Source: Alphaproteobacteria bacterium (GTDB lineage Bacteria; Pseudomonadota; Alphaproteobacteria; UBA6615). Taken from it: DNA of 37,654 nucleotides. This document shows positions 26,909 through 37,575 of the stretch, piece by piece. The stretch's first letter is position 1; each line of letters starts with the position of its first letter. The notes below the pieces were generated by a model. It ran no database searches. It saw nothing but the letters and a program-made list of their open reading frames with translations, and had not been told where the DNA came from. The DNA lies in NCBI GenBank assembly GCA_965261975.1, contig CBDHEC010000055.1:1-37654 (forward strand), written 5' to 3'. The position numbers and the translations under genes were made by a program.

Positions 26909-27790
26909 TTATCCCAGGTTCATCTGGTAGCTGTGCGGCACCCAGACATAACCGTCACCATGTCGCTCCATGTAGCCGACCGAGGGGAACGGCATGTGGA
27001 AGCCGATCGCGAGCATCTCGTCATCGGCCACTGTAGCCAGCACGCGCTTGCGTGACTCGACCGCCTTTATCGGGTCGTCATCCATTCCGAAATGCCATTC
27101 CGGATTCGCCGTGGAAATCGCGAAATGCGCCACGGTATCGGACATGATCATCAGCTGCTGGCCGTTGCTCTCGATGTGATAGGCCATGTGCCCGGCCGAG
27201 TGACCAAACGCATCGACCGCCGTGACGCCGCCGACGATATCGTCACCCGGTTTCACGAACCGTGCCTGATCCTCGAGCGGCAGGCAGATGTTGTTGAACA
27301 TCTCCAGCGTCGGCGGGCGGTTGTCGGGAATGTTCTCACCCTTCTTCCAGTAGGCAAACTCGGTCTCGCCGAACACGATCTCCGCGTTCGGGAAGGTCGG
27401 ATTACCGCCGGCCGTCAGGTTACCGATATGGTCGGGGTGACAATGGGTGACGACCACGTAATCGACATCGGCCAGATCGTATCCGGCGTCGGCCAGTCGC
27501 CCGTTATAGTGGCCCTGGCTCGGGTTCTTGTCGCCGAAACCCGGATCGAAGGCGATCAGCTTATCGCCGGTGTCCACCAGGGTCGGGATGAACTGGTGCT
27601 CCAACTGCGGGAACGGCAGCTTGTGTGCCTTCGCAACCGCCTCGACCTCCTCGGCCATCGCGTTCAGCGCGTAGACGGGGTGCAAGTCGTCCCGGAGGAG
27701 AGATCCCTCCAGGATATTTGTAATCGTGAAATCACCGAGCTTGAACTGATAGACGGTCGGGCGCGTCATGTTGGGCTTGTTTGCAACCAC
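26909..27790 (-). CDS. MBL-fold metallo-hydrolase (methyl-parathion hydrolase / lactonase-like)
   Basis: THCHPDHIG, GHSAGH and GFHMPFP; GTG at 27790 after GGAGGAGG. Confidence 0.88.
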   Translation of the reverse strand: MVANKPNMTRPTVYQFKLGDFTITNILEGSLLRDDLHPVYALNAMAEEVEAVAKAHKLPFPQLEHQFIPTLVDTGDKLIAFDPGFGDKNPSQGHYNGRLADAGYDLADVDYVVVTHCHPDHIGNLTAGGNPTFPNAEIVFGETEFAYWKKGENIPDNRPPTLEMFNNICLPLEDQARFVKPGDDIVGGVTAVDAFGHSAGHMAYHIESNGQQLMIMSDTVAHFAISTANPEWHFGMDDDPIKAVESRKRVLATVADDEMLAIGFHMPFPSVGYMERHGDGYVWVPHSYQMNLG

Positions 27791-27931
27791 TTTCGATCCT
27801 CCTCCGAAACCATGAAATCGCTGTATACCACCCCCGAGCAGGCCCCCGAAAGACGCTGTTGGCGTAAATCCATTGACATGCGGGCACACCCAACATGAAC
27901 CTGTCGGAACTTATGAAATGGAGAACGGCAC

Positions 27932-28813
27932 ATGTCCGTCCCTGAACCGATAGAATCTGTTCCTCTCGCAGACGCTCTGGGCGCCGAGATTCGCGGCGTG
28001 GACTTGTCCGCGCCCCTGGACGATACGACGATTATGGCGATCCGCCAGGCTTGGCTCGACCATCAGGTTCTCGTGTTCCGCAGCCAGCGTCTCACGGACG
28101 CGCAACTTACGGCATTCAGCCGTCATTTCGGCAACCTGGACAAGGTACCCGGCTGGGAGCCTTTTTCACCGGCGGGGCACCCCGAAGTGCTGATCATCTC
28201 GAACGTCCAGGAAGACGGCACCAGGATCGGCGTTCTCGGAGATGGCGAGGCTTCCTGGCACACAGACATGTCCTATCTGGACCAGCCACCCCCGGGCAGC
28301 CTCCTGTATAGCCTCGAAGTACCCGACAGCGGCGGCGACACCTGTTTCCTGAGCATGTATGCCGCGCTCGACGCCCTGCCGCCGGATTTACGCGCGGCGA
28401 TCGATGGCAAGCTGCTGAACCATGATTCCAGCCACGACAGCGCGGGCAACCTGCGTTCGAACCACGTCCCCTTCGAGGATGTGAGCGTCGCGCCGGGTGC
28501 GCAGCACCCGATCGTGCGCGCGCATCCCGAAACAGGGCGCCCCGCCCTGTTTCTTGGACGGCGCCTGCATGCCTGGGTTGTCGGAGAGGATGTCGCGACC
28601 AGCGAATTACTTCTCGACCGGATCTGGGAGCATTGCACCCGCGAGGACCTTACCTACCGCCACCGCTGGCAAGCCGGTGATCTGCTGATGTGGGACAATC
28701 GCTGCACGATGCACCGCCGCGATCCCTTCGACGCGAAAGCGCGACGGGTCATGCACCGCACGCAGCTCATGGGAGACGCACCCGTCGAAGCCGCCGCGGC
28801 CCGGGCCGGCTGA
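27932..28813 (+). CDS. TauD/TfdA family Fe(II)/2-oxoglutarate dioxygenase
   Basis: LGAEIRGVDL, WHTD, GGDT, HPETGR and WDNRCTMHRR. Confidence 0.95.
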   Translation: MSVPEPIESVPLADALGAEIRGVDLSAPLDDTTIMAIRQAWLDHQVLVFRSQRLTDAQLTAFSRHFGNLDKVPGWEPFSPAGHPEVLIISNVQEDGTRIGVLGDGEASWHTDMSYLDQPPPGSLLYSLEVPDSGGDTCFLSMYAALDALPPDLRAAIDGKLLNHDSSHDSAGNLRSNHVPFEDVSVAPGAQHPIVRAHPETGRPALFLGRRLHAWVVGEDVATSELLLDRIWEHCTREDLTYRHRWQAGDLLMWDNRCTMHRRDPFDAKARRVMHRTQLMGDAPVEAAAARAG

Positions 28814-28818
28814 CAGAG

Positions 28819-29871
28819 CTAGGCCTTGCGCCGCTTGTCGGGGTGCAGACTCTTCCCGAGGATATGCTCGCCCTGGCCGATCACGTGGGTGCTTGAACCG
28901 ACGATGAACGGATCCGGCTCGCCAACGACAGCGCGGTCCTTGTTGGGATAATTCAGCGATGACAGGAAATGGCTCATGCAGTTCAGCCGCGCGCGTTTCT
29001 TGTCGTCCGACTTGATAATCGTCCAGGGCGCATCGGCGGTGTCCGTATAGAAGAACATCGCCTCTTTCGCCTCCGTATAGTCGTCCCACTTGTCCAATGA
29101 CTGGCGGTCGATCGGCGACAATTTCCAGCTCTTCAGCGGATCGGTCTCGCGTGACTTGAACCGTCGCAACTGCTCCCCCTGGGTCACGGAGAACCAGTAT
29201 TTGTAGAGCAGAATTCCGCTGCGGGTGAACATCCGCTCAAGATCGGGCGTCTGGCGCATGAATTCCAGATACTCGTTCGGCGAACAGAAGCCCATGACGC
29301 GATCCACGCCCGCGCGGTTGTACCAGGAGCGATCGAACAGCACGATTTCGCCGGCGCTGGGCAGATGCTCGATGTAGCGCTGGAAGAACCATTGCGAGCG
29401 CTCGCGGTCCGTCGGCTTGTTCAGCGCCACAACCCGCGCGGCACGCGGATTGAGGTGTTCCATAAACCGCTTGATCGTACCGCCCTTGCCAGCTGCATCC
29501 CGGCCCTCGAACAGCACAACGATCCGCTGACCGCTTTCCTTGACCCAGTCCTGTACCTTGAGAAGTTCGACCTGCAGCTCGGCCTTCTTCTTCTCATAGT
29601 CGCGGCGTTTCATTTTCTTCCGGTAGGGATACTCGCCTGTTTCGAATAGCCGACGCACTTCGTCGCGATCGAGATTCTTGGCAGTCAGGTTACGTACCGT
29701 CGAGGCCGGATGTGGCTCCTGCTCAGACTGGCCAGCCGTCGCGCCGAATGTCGGCAACGCACCGGAAACCGGTCGCAGTGCCACGGGCCTTTCCTCTTGC
29801 CCGCCCCCCACCACGGGTCCGGCGCTTATCCCTTTTTTCCGGGCTTTCCCGGTGCTTTGGCTTTCCACCAT
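28819..29871 (-). CDS. ppk2: Polyphosphate kinase 2 (class I)
   Basis: FEGRDAAGKGG, FDRSWYNRAGV, WKLSPID and DDKKRARLN. Confidence 0.96.
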   Translation of the reverse strand: MVESQSTGKARKKGISAGPVVGGGQEERPVALRPVSGALPTFGATAGQSEQEPHPASTVRNLTAKNLDRDEVRRLFETGEYPYRKKMKRRDYEKKKAELQVELLKVQDWVKESGQRIVVLFEGRDAAGKGGTIKRFMEHLNPRAARVVALNKPTDRERSQWFFQRYIEHLPSAGEIVLFDRSWYNRAGVDRVMGFCSPNEYLEFMRQTPDLERMFTRSGILLYKYWFSVTQGEQLRRFKSRETDPLKSWKLSPIDRQSLDKWDDYTEAKEAMFFYTDTADAPWTIIKSDDKKRARLNCMSHFLSSLNYPNKDRAVVGEPDPFIVGSSTHVIGQGEHILGKSLHPDKRRKA

Positions 29872-29932
29872 CTTCTCCAGACATTCGGTTCTCACATGTC
29901 TTTTCAGACTACCAATTCGGTCAAATCGGCAT

Positions 29933-29946
29933 GTGATCCAAATCAA
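29933..29946. promoter_or_regulatory. FNR/FixK-like box upstream of ppk2
   Basis: Minus strand TTGAT-TTGG-ATCAC, one mismatch to TTGAT-N4-ATCAA. Confidence 0.65.
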
Positions 29947-29969
29947 TTTTCAGAGGCAAGAAAGCAGCG

Positions 29970-30407
29970 CTAAGGCGTAATCAACGCCCCCAGGAGGGCG
30001 GCCCGAATATCGTCGGGAAGAGGCTTCGAACTGGATGTTTCTGGATCGAAATGCACGGTCACGATCTCGGCGGTCGCCACGCAGATGCCATTCTGAAACA
30101 CGCCCTGCCCCAATCCGTAGGAAGACCCACCGACACGGGTGACCACCGCACCGATCTCCACGGTGCCTGGATAATGGGCAGGCGCTCGGTAGCTCACCGA
30201 GAATTTCACGACCGCAAAGCCCGTCAGCTTGTCGCCGTCCGTACTTGAGAGCCGTTCCTGGCGAAAGTGCACCCGGCCATCCTCGAAGAACTGGTTTATG
30301 GCGCCGTTGTTGACGTGCAGGTTCGGGTCGAGGTCCCCATAGCGGACCGTGTCGGTTGTCCAGACGGCGAATATCTCGCGATCGGTCAGGTCGATATCTT
30401 CACTCAC
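29970..30407 (-). CDS. Acyl-CoA thioesterase (hotdog fold, 4HBT family)
   Basis: VRYGDLDPNLHVNN motif; GTG overlaps the upstream stop (GTGA). Confidence 0.88.
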   Translation of the reverse strand: MSEDIDLTDREIFAVWTTDTVRYGDLDPNLHVNNGAINQFFEDGRVHFRQERLSSTDGDKLTGFAVVKFSVSYRAPAHYPGTVEIGAVVTRVGGSSYGLGQGVFQNGICVATAEIVTVHFDPETSSSKPLPDDIRAALLGALITP

Positions 30408-31258
30408 GCGTCGGCGCTCCGTCGCAGCAAGGCTATATAAATCAGGGCGGTGGCGAACATGATAAGGCTGTATGTCGCTGCGGGAACGACGGCGAGACCG
30501 CCACCGAACAGCAGCGTGGCAACCGCGATCGCCAATGTCCCGTTCTGCAATCCGCATTCGATCGAAATCGCGATCCGTTGCTTCATGCCAGACGCGAACA
30601 TCCGAGCAATCAGATAGGCCAGCACCATCATCACCACGTTCAGCACCAGCGTCACCAGCCCCGCTTGCGCGAAATACTCAACGATGTTGGCCCGCTCCTG
30701 GAGTATCGCGCCGGCCAACACCAGCACGAACAGCACCGCCGAGACCTGGCGTGCGATCGGCTCAATCTTGATCGCCGCACCTTCGGCAAACCGCCGTACA
30801 GCAAGCCCCAGAACCACCGGAACAGTCACGATCACAAACACGCTGATCGCCGTTTTGGTGACCGACACGTCGCCTGCCTCGCCGCCGATCAACTGCCCAT
30901 AGGCGAAGACGACGACGATCGGGATCGTCATCACGCTCAGCAGGCTGATAACGGCGGTCAGCGAGATCGAAAGCGCCACATCGCCGCGGGCAAACGCCGT
31001 CAGAATGTTCGAGGTCACCCCGCCGGGTGCAGCGGCAATGATCATCACGCCCAGCGCCAGTTCCGGCGGCAAGGACCAGACGCTGACAAGCGCAAAGGCG
31101 GCAAGCGGCAGCAGGATAATCTGGGAAAGCGCACCGACAATGAAGTCCCGCGGCTGCCTGGCGACGCGTGCAAAATCATCGAGGGTTAGCCCGAGCCCCA
31201 GCGCGAACATGATAAACGCCAGCGCGAGCGGCAGTATGACATCCGTGACAACGCCCAT
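30404..31258 (-). CDS. Bile acid:sodium symporter family protein
   Basis: IMFALGLGL, PGGVTSN, GDVALS and IECGLQNG. Confidence 0.93.
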   Translation of the reverse strand: MGVVTDVILPLALAFIMFALGLGLTLDDFARVARQPRDFIVGALSQIILLPLAAFALVSVWSLPPELALGVMIIAAAPGGVTSNILTAFARGDVALSISLTAVISLLSVMTIPIVVVFAYGQLIGGEAGDVSVTKTAISVFVIVTVPVVLGLAVRRFAEGAAIKIEPIARQVSAVLFVLVLAGAILQERANIVEYFAQAGLVTLVLNVVMMVLAYLIARMFASGMKQRIAISIECGLQNGTLAIAVATLLFGGGLAVVPAATYSLIMFATALIYIALLRRSADA

Positions 31259-31331
31259 GATTCCCCCCATCCATCGACAATATCTACGGCCCAGTTACCG
31301 CCGCCGCCGGTGATTTGGCAAGAAAAGGCCC

Positions 31332-31661
31332 CTACCGATCGTTCAAAGCCGGCACCCGCTGCAGGAAAGGCTCGATGATCACCGTCTCGAACACGCCGCC
31401 CAACGTATAGGGGTCGTTCGCGTGGAAGGCCTCCGCCGCCGCGCGGTCGGGCACATCGAGGATCAGCACATTGCCGGTCACCTGTTTGATGCCCTCTTCC
31501 CCATAGACGAAGTTATCGACGTCGGTCCCGTCCTCGACAAGGCCGCCGCCGAACGTAATTACGGACATAAACGCCTTCTGGTATTCGGCATGGGCCGCGA
31601 GCAGTTCGGCGCGTTTGTCGCCCATTTTCGGCTTGTCGCGCCGCGCGATGGCAAACAGCAT
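31332..31661 (-). CDS. YciI family protein
   Basis: R....AH near the N-terminus and NDPYTLGGVF. Confidence 0.8.
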   Translation of the reverse strand: MLFAIARRDKPKMGDKRAELLAAHAEYQKAFMSVITFGGGLVEDGTDVDNFVYGEEGIKQVTGNVLILDVPDRAAAEAFHANDPYTLGGVFETVIIEPFLQRVPALNDR

Positions 31662-31669
31662 TCCGCGCC

Positions 31670-32635
31670 CTAACCCGCCACGACGGTGTTGGAGAGTTTG
31701 CCGATACCTTCGACCTCTACCTCAACCACATCCCCCGGCTTCATGAATACCGGCGGCTTGCGGCCGACACCCACGCCCGGTGGCGAACCGGTGGTCACGA
31801 TGTCGCCGGGGCTGAAGCGGTAGAATTTCGAGTAGTAGCTGATGATCTGGGGCAGATTGAAAATCAGGTCATCGGTGTTCGACGACTGCATGACCTCGCC
31901 GTTCAATGTCACCGTCAGTTGAAGGTCGTGGGGATCGGCGATCTCGTCCTTGGTGACGATAACCGGCCCACAGGGGCAGAAGGTCGGGAGCTGCTTGCCC
32001 AGGATGTTGTGGTCCCAGGCGGCAATTGCCTCGAACGGTTTTGTGACCGTGAAGATAGGGCCCACCCAGTCGCGCGCGGAGACATCGTTGGCGATCGTAT
32101 AGCCGGCGACGTAATCCATCGCCTCGTCCTCGGAGACGTTGTGACAGGGTTTGCCGAACACGAATGTCATCTCACCTTCATAATCGATCATGTCGGGGCA
32201 TTGCGGCGGCGCGACGATCTCACCACGGTGCCCTGTCAGCGCCGGGTGGGTCATCGTGAACCCAGTGGGACGCGGCGGCACCGGCGTGCCCTCCATTTCC
32301 TCCAGATGCGCACGGTAGTTCATGCCGATGGACAAGATGATGGTCGGATCGGGCACGGGCGGCAGGAACGACGCATCGTCCCAGGCCTGCAGGACGCCCG
32401 TATCGCGCAATCCGGCCTGCTCGTCGGCCGACATGCCAGCCACAGCGTCGAGGCAGGCCTGTGCTGCGCCGAGCGCGGCATCGCCGCCGGCGAGAAGTTC
32501 GCGCATCTCCGCCGGTACCGCCTTCGCCGCGTCCAGTGTGCTGCGCAGCGCGACCAGGTCGAGCAGCTCATTGTCAGCCGTGACGGCGGCGACGTGGGCG
32601 TGATCGGTGCCTCTTTCGATTGTGGCCAGCTTCAT
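31670..32635 (-). CDS. Fumarylacetoacetate hydrolase family protein
   Basis: GMNYRAH, DYEGE, GYTIANDVSARD and TGSPPGVG. Confidence 0.93.
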   Translation of the reverse strand: MKLATIERGTDHAHVAAVTADNELLDLVALRSTLDAAKAVPAEMRELLAGGDAALGAAQACLDAVAGMSADEQAGLRDTGVLQAWDDASFLPPVPDPTIILSIGMNYRAHLEEMEGTPVPPRPTGFTMTHPALTGHRGEIVAPPQCPDMIDYEGEMTFVFGKPCHNVSEDEAMDYVAGYTIANDVSARDWVGPIFTVTKPFEAIAAWDHNILGKQLPTFCPCGPVIVTKDEIADPHDLQLTVTLNGEVMQSSNTDDLIFNLPQIISYYSKFYRFSPGDIVTTGSPPGVGVGRKPPVFMKPGDVVEVEVEGIGKLSNTVVAG

Positions 32636-32768
32636 GACATCCCCCCCAATGTTATATTCGCGCGCCGAAAATTCCCTTCACGGCATTCGCCATCCAATTT
32701 ACGGTTCATTCTGGCGGAATTCCACATCAAGCCGACCGCCGCTTACGGGGATTATGGGGAGGCACGCA

Positions 32769-33266
32769 ATGTCGGCCACGGATACAGACCTCACGGAAGG
32801 TCCACTCGATATCAGGTTTTCATCCCACGCGACGATCGACACGCTCGATTCCGAGAAAAGCCGCAAATTCTATGAGGATTTCCTGGGGTTCGAAGTCATC
32901 CGCACCAGTCCGATCTCGCTGCTGCTGCGCCTCGGCGGAAGCCACACGATCGCCTGCGTCGAGGTGAAGGACAAGGAGCCGATGGGGATGCTCAATCACA
33001 ACGGCCTCGACGTGCCGACCAAGGCGGATGTCGATGCGGCTCACGCCAAGGCAGAAGCCCAGCAGGAGAAGTGGGGCATCAAGAAGATCACCCGCCCGCT
33101 GGACCAGCACGGCACCTATTGCTTCTTCATGCTGGATGCCGACGAGAACTGGTGGGAGATCCTGACCAATCCCGAGGGCGGCTATTCCTGGATGTTCGAA
33201 CGCGGCGAACAGGAAGGCCGCGGCCACCTGGACAAAGACTTCGAACGACCCGAGGAAACCCTCTAG
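32769..33266 (+). CDS. VOC (glyoxalase/extradiol dioxygenase-like) family protein
   Basis: SH....D...SRKFYEDFLGFE, NHNGLDV and LDADENWWE; GGGGAGG RBS. Confidence 0.85.
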   Translation: MSATDTDLTEGPLDIRFSSHATIDTLDSEKSRKFYEDFLGFEVIRTSPISLLLRLGGSHTIACVEVKDKEPMGMLNHNGLDVPTKADVDAAHAKAEAQQEKWGIKKITRPLDQHGTYCFFMLDADENWWEILTNPEGGYSWMFERGEQEGRGHLDKDFERPEETL

Positions 33267-34187
33267 CCCTTAAGCAGATCGAACATCGTATCGCCGAACC
33301 GCGCCCCGCGCATCCTCGTAGAGCGGCGCGACGGCCTCGCGGAACGCCTTGCGTTCCGCGTCGGTGAGCTCGACGGTCTCACAACCTTCGTCATCAATCG
33401 CCTGCTGAGAGATATCCTCTTCGGCCACAGCCAGCTCACGCTGATACGCAGTCGCCGCCTGCACCGCATCCCTCACGGCATTGCGGAAATCTTCCGGCCA
33501 CCCGTCGACGCTCTCGCGATGCCCATAAACGCCGCGTGAAAGGTAGAAGTGACCGCTCAGCGTGTGATGCGGGTGATATTTGTGCACGCCGTAGGTGACC
33601 GTGTTGGCGAGCGGGTTCTCCTGGGCATCGAGGGTGCCGTCGACGACCTGTTCGATCGCCTCGGTCAGGTCCATCATCAGGGGCTCCGCCCCCAGAAGCT
33701 CGAACGTCCGCACATGCATGTCGCTCGGCAGCATACGGATCTTCATGTCGGCGAGGTCCGCCGGCTGATGGATCGGTCGCAACTTGTTCGAGATATGCCG
33801 GAAGCCATTCTCGAAATAGCCGAGCATACGGAAGTTGTAGCCGGCCTCGATGCGTTCATCGAGGTAGCGCCCCAGCGATCCGTCGAACGCCGCGCGGGCT
33901 TCGTCCAGATCCGCAAACAGGAACGGCAAATCGACGAACTCCAGTTCCGGTACCTTGCCGGTGAGATAGCTTGTCGACTGGTACGACATCGTCAGGATGC
34001 CGCATTCGGTCAGCCACATGATTTCGTCGGCCCGGTAGCCGAAGTCCATGATATTCCAGATATATTTGACATCCACGCCATCGCCGAACTGTTCTTCAAG
34101 GCGGTCACCGATGAATTTCAGCGCCCGGCTGTGGGTGGTGGTCGGCGGCCCGTAGCCGCCCATGCGAATCTGGATTGGTTCCGACAT
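33263..34187 (-). CDS. DctP-family TRAP substrate-binding protein lacking a signal peptide; probable +1 frameshift near the C-terminus
   Basis: ENGFRHI, DLADMKIRM and DAQENP. Removing one base of CCCC at 33304-33307 gives DARARFGDTMFDLLKG*, ending at 33263. Confidence 0.85.
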
Positions 34188-34231
34188 CTCGTTGCCCCTG
34201 TCGTAAGTGCTTTTGACGCAGGCAATCTAGA

Positions 34232-36176
34232 CTAAACCGCTGAGCTAGACACCCGGGAACGCGTTGAAAATCGCCAGCCCACGAGCGCCACGGCCACGGC
34301 CGCGGCCGGACCATGAATAAACGGGTCGACCAGCAGCACGCCGAACGAAAGTACAGCCCTGAGCACGCGTTCGGCTGCACCCAGCCTCTGGAACTCGTGA
34401 CCGGAAAATGCGGTTGCTATCAGCCAGATGGCCAGCGGCAGCCGGGCGATGATCCAGACAAACTCACCCCAGTGGAATTCGTCGACAAGGATAAACGACG
34501 GGTAGTAGATCCAGACGAAGGGGGATGACGAAACCGATAATGGCCACGCGCACCGCCTGGAATCCGGTCGTGAGCGGATTCGCCCCTGCAATCGGCGCGG
34601 CGGTGTAGGCCGCAATCGCCACCGGCGGGGTCACATTCGACAGGATCGCGAACAACAACACGAACAAATGCGCCGCCAGGACGGACACGCCGAGTTCCGC
34701 AACCGCGGGTGCCAGGAAGATCGCAACCAGAAAATAGGCGGGCAATGTCGGTAGTCCCATGCCCAGGATCAATGACGAGATCATCGCCAGGCCCAGCGCC
34801 AGGAACAGGGATCCGTCTCCCAGGTTGGCGATGACGGTCGCGAACCGGAAGCCGACACCTGTTGTGTTGACGACGCTCATGAAGATGCCGATCGCACCGA
34901 CAATCACCAGGATCGTCGCCGATGCCTTGCCTCCCGAGATCAGGGACCGGCCGACGGCGCGCGCAAATTCGGTCGTCGTCTCCAGGGGTTTTCGATAGAG
35001 ATCCCGCTCCAGAATGAGACCCGTGGGAATCGCCACCAGAATGCCGACGAACCCGGCCATCGCGGCAGATCGTCCCGACACCAGGATGACGACAATGACG
35101 ATCAGGGGGCCGAAGAAACGCAAGGACTGGAGCCAGTCCGCGCGGGTCAGGACCGGGCGGTCGGCCTCGGGCAACGCCCCAATCCCAAGGCGTGCGGCTT
35201 CGGTGTAAACCGCCGCGAAGAGACTGATGTAGAAAAACAACGCCGGGAAAATCGCGGCGATCGCCACGGTCAGATAGGGCACACCGGCGAGGTCTGCGAG
35301 GATGAAGGCGACCGCCCCCATCACCGGCGGTGTGAACTGCCCGCCCGACGAGGCTGATGCCTCAACCCCGCCCGCGAAAGAAGGCTTGAACCCCTGCTTT
35401 TTGATCAGGGGGATCGTGAAAACTCCGGTCGAGGCGACATTCGCCACGGGGCTGCCGTTGATGGTGCCAAACATGGCGCTGCCCAGGATCGCGGCATGCG
35501 CCGGGCCGCCACGCAGGCGCGCCGTGGCCGCGGTTGCCATCTTCAAAAGGATGGCACCACCACCGGTGCCTTCGAGCACGGCGCCGAAGATCAGAAACAC
35601 GAGTACGATACGGCTAACCACATCCAGCGGCAGGTTGAAGATGCCTTCACCCGGCCGCCACCAGATCAGCTCGAGTGTTTCCTCGAGCGGAAAACCGGAA
35701 TGGCGCAGCAGGCCCGGCAAATTCGCGCCGAACAGCATGTAGAGAACGGACAGCACGATGATGGCCGGCAGGATCAATCCAAACCGCCGGCGGGTCAGCT
35801 CGACGGCCACCAGCCCCGCGAATACCGCCAGCCAGCGGTCATAGTCGGTAAAGAAGATGATGGAGTCCGACATTTCCTCGGCAACCGCCAGGAATCGGAC
35901 CATCGCCAGCGTGAAGGCGGCGACAAGTACGACGTCGATAAGCCACAACACCGCCCGTACAACACCCGGCGCCGTCGCGTGCCGGCGTGCGAGCGGCTCC
36001 ATCAGAAACACGATACCGGCACCGGCCGCAAAGAAGGAACTGCGCTGGAGGTTCTCTTCCAGGAGCGCGACCCCGGCGACATACATGGCGTAGAAGCACA
36101 GCATGAACGCGGCGACGCGCGCCACGGAATCCATGCCGTTAACGATCAAACGCTCAAATGCGGTCAGATTGGCCAT
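34232..36176 (-). CDS. TRAP-TAXI fused 4TM/12TM permease, apparent +1 frameshift at 34520-34524
   Basis: GGPAHAA, EASASSGGQFTPPVMGAVAF, LGMGLPT and NVTPPVA. Removing one base of the G5 run restores FVIPFVWIYYP and runs to 34232. Confidence 0.88.
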
Positions 36177-36197
36177 GCTGTGCCCCGAATATGCCGA

Positions 36198-36239
36198 CGG
36201 CCGGAACCTGATCGGGCCTCAAGCCCCTTGTTCCGGCCG
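36198..36239 (-). terminator. Intra-operon stem-loop after the TAXI SBP gene
   Basis: 10-bp stem CGGCCGGAAC / GTTCCGGCCG. Confidence 0.55.
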
Positions 36240-36272
36240 CCAACTGCATATTTGACGTGGGTTTGCTTCGCG

Positions 36273-37319
36273 CTACTGCGGGACGCGCTTGCCACCCACA
36301 AAGGCGTCGGGAATATCGAGCCCCTTTTCCTTGTAGTAGCGCAATGCGCCCGGATGGATACCGTTCGGAATGGGGAACAGCGCCTCGTCGAGCGACACCG
36401 CGGAACTCATCCAGGGTGCCAACGCGTGGGCTTCCTCGATGTTGTCCCAGAATGCCTTGGTCATCGCGTAGACGACATCGGCATCCATATCCGCACGAAC
36501 GGCCAGTGCCACCTTCGGGTTCACCAGCTTCACGGCGCTGGTGTTCATCTGATTGGCGCCGTAGGCGTCCGGCGGGAGATCGATCAGCGAGTTCATCGGG
36601 TTCGACAACAGCCGCTTGGTTCCCGGATCTTCCATCATCCGCGCCTCATCAACGCCGATCACACGAATCTTGGACGTCAGCGCAAGCTGCTGGATGCGGG
36701 GATCCGGATTGATGCCCGGAAGCATCATCACGTCATATTTGCGATCCTGGAACGCCTGGATCGCCGGGCCCCAGTTCAGCTTGACCAGCTCGAAGTCCTT
36801 GCCCGGCTCATAACCGGTCTGGCCCTTCACGGTGATCAGGTTCTGCTGCGTGGCCGTGCCACCCGGCGGCCCGAGGAACACCTTTTTGCCCTTGAAGTCG
36901 GCAAAGGTCTGGATCGGGGATTCGTCGAACACGACATAGTGACGCGCGCCGATCGGATGGGCGAACACGATCGACAGCTTCTCGGCCGGGTTGTCGCCTT
37001 CCTTCAAATTCTTGAAGGGGCCCTTATGGGCGCCCATCAGCTGGATCGAGATCATCGAGGTGAGCGAGAAATCCATATCGCCTGCTGCGACCTGCAGCAT
37101 GTGACGGGTCGCCGGCCCCGACGCCGAAAGTTGCACCTCGGTATTCGGCACGTGCCGGTTCACGGCATTGGCCCAGGCCGTGTGAATGATATTCACCGAC
37201 GTACCGGGCGGGAACGTGCCCATCTTGTAGAATGTTTTCTCCTGAGCATCCGCAATGCCCGTGGCCGCCACAATGGCGATCCCGGCAACGGCGAAGCTCC
37301 TGAACAGCGTCTTCAGCAT
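36273..37319 (-). CDS. TAXI-family TRAP solute-binding protein
   Basis: Signal peptide ending ADA-Q, GTFPPG, DFKGKKVFLGPPG, VYAMTKAFW and HPGALRYYKE; GGGAG RBS before ATG 37319. Confidence 0.92.
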   Translation of the reverse strand: MLKTLFRSFAVAGIAIVAATGIADAQEKTFYKMGTFPPGTSVNIIHTAWANAVNRHVPNTEVQLSASGPATRHMLQVAAGDMDFSLTSMISIQLMGAHKGPFKNLKEGDNPAEKLSIVFAHPIGARHYVVFDESPIQTFADFKGKKVFLGPPGGTATQQNLITVKGQTGYEPGKDFELVKLNWGPAIQAFQDRKYDVMMLPGINPDPRIQQLALTSKIRVIGVDEARMMEDPGTKRLLSNPMNSLIDLPPDAYGANQMNTSAVKLVNPKVALAVRADMDADVVYAMTKAFWDNIEEAHALAPWMSSAVSLDEALFPIPNGIHPGALRYYKEKGLDIPDAFVGGKRVPQ

Positions 37320-37575
37320 TTCGGTCTTCTCCCAGTTCGACACCCGGCCTGTGCGGGCGCTTGATGCGGGTTCGTCTTGCGATCTTTCCGTCGTCGCCCG
37401 CGACAAATGCACGGCATAATTTTGAACAACCCGATGGTTCACGTTCGCTGTGCGAACGCCGGAACTCCAAGGCTTTATCCGGGAATTTCTATAGGCGAAA
37501 TCGCCTTGCGGACGTGATCGACAATTCAACGAAGCAACAAGACCCGTTATACTCCAAATCACTCGCGCGCCGTTA

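Noticed and set aside
36200-36220. TPP riboswitch (GAACCTGATC word)
   Set aside because: No CTGAGA element or P4/P5 continuation, wrong strand for the operon, and it sits within a simple intergenic hairpin.
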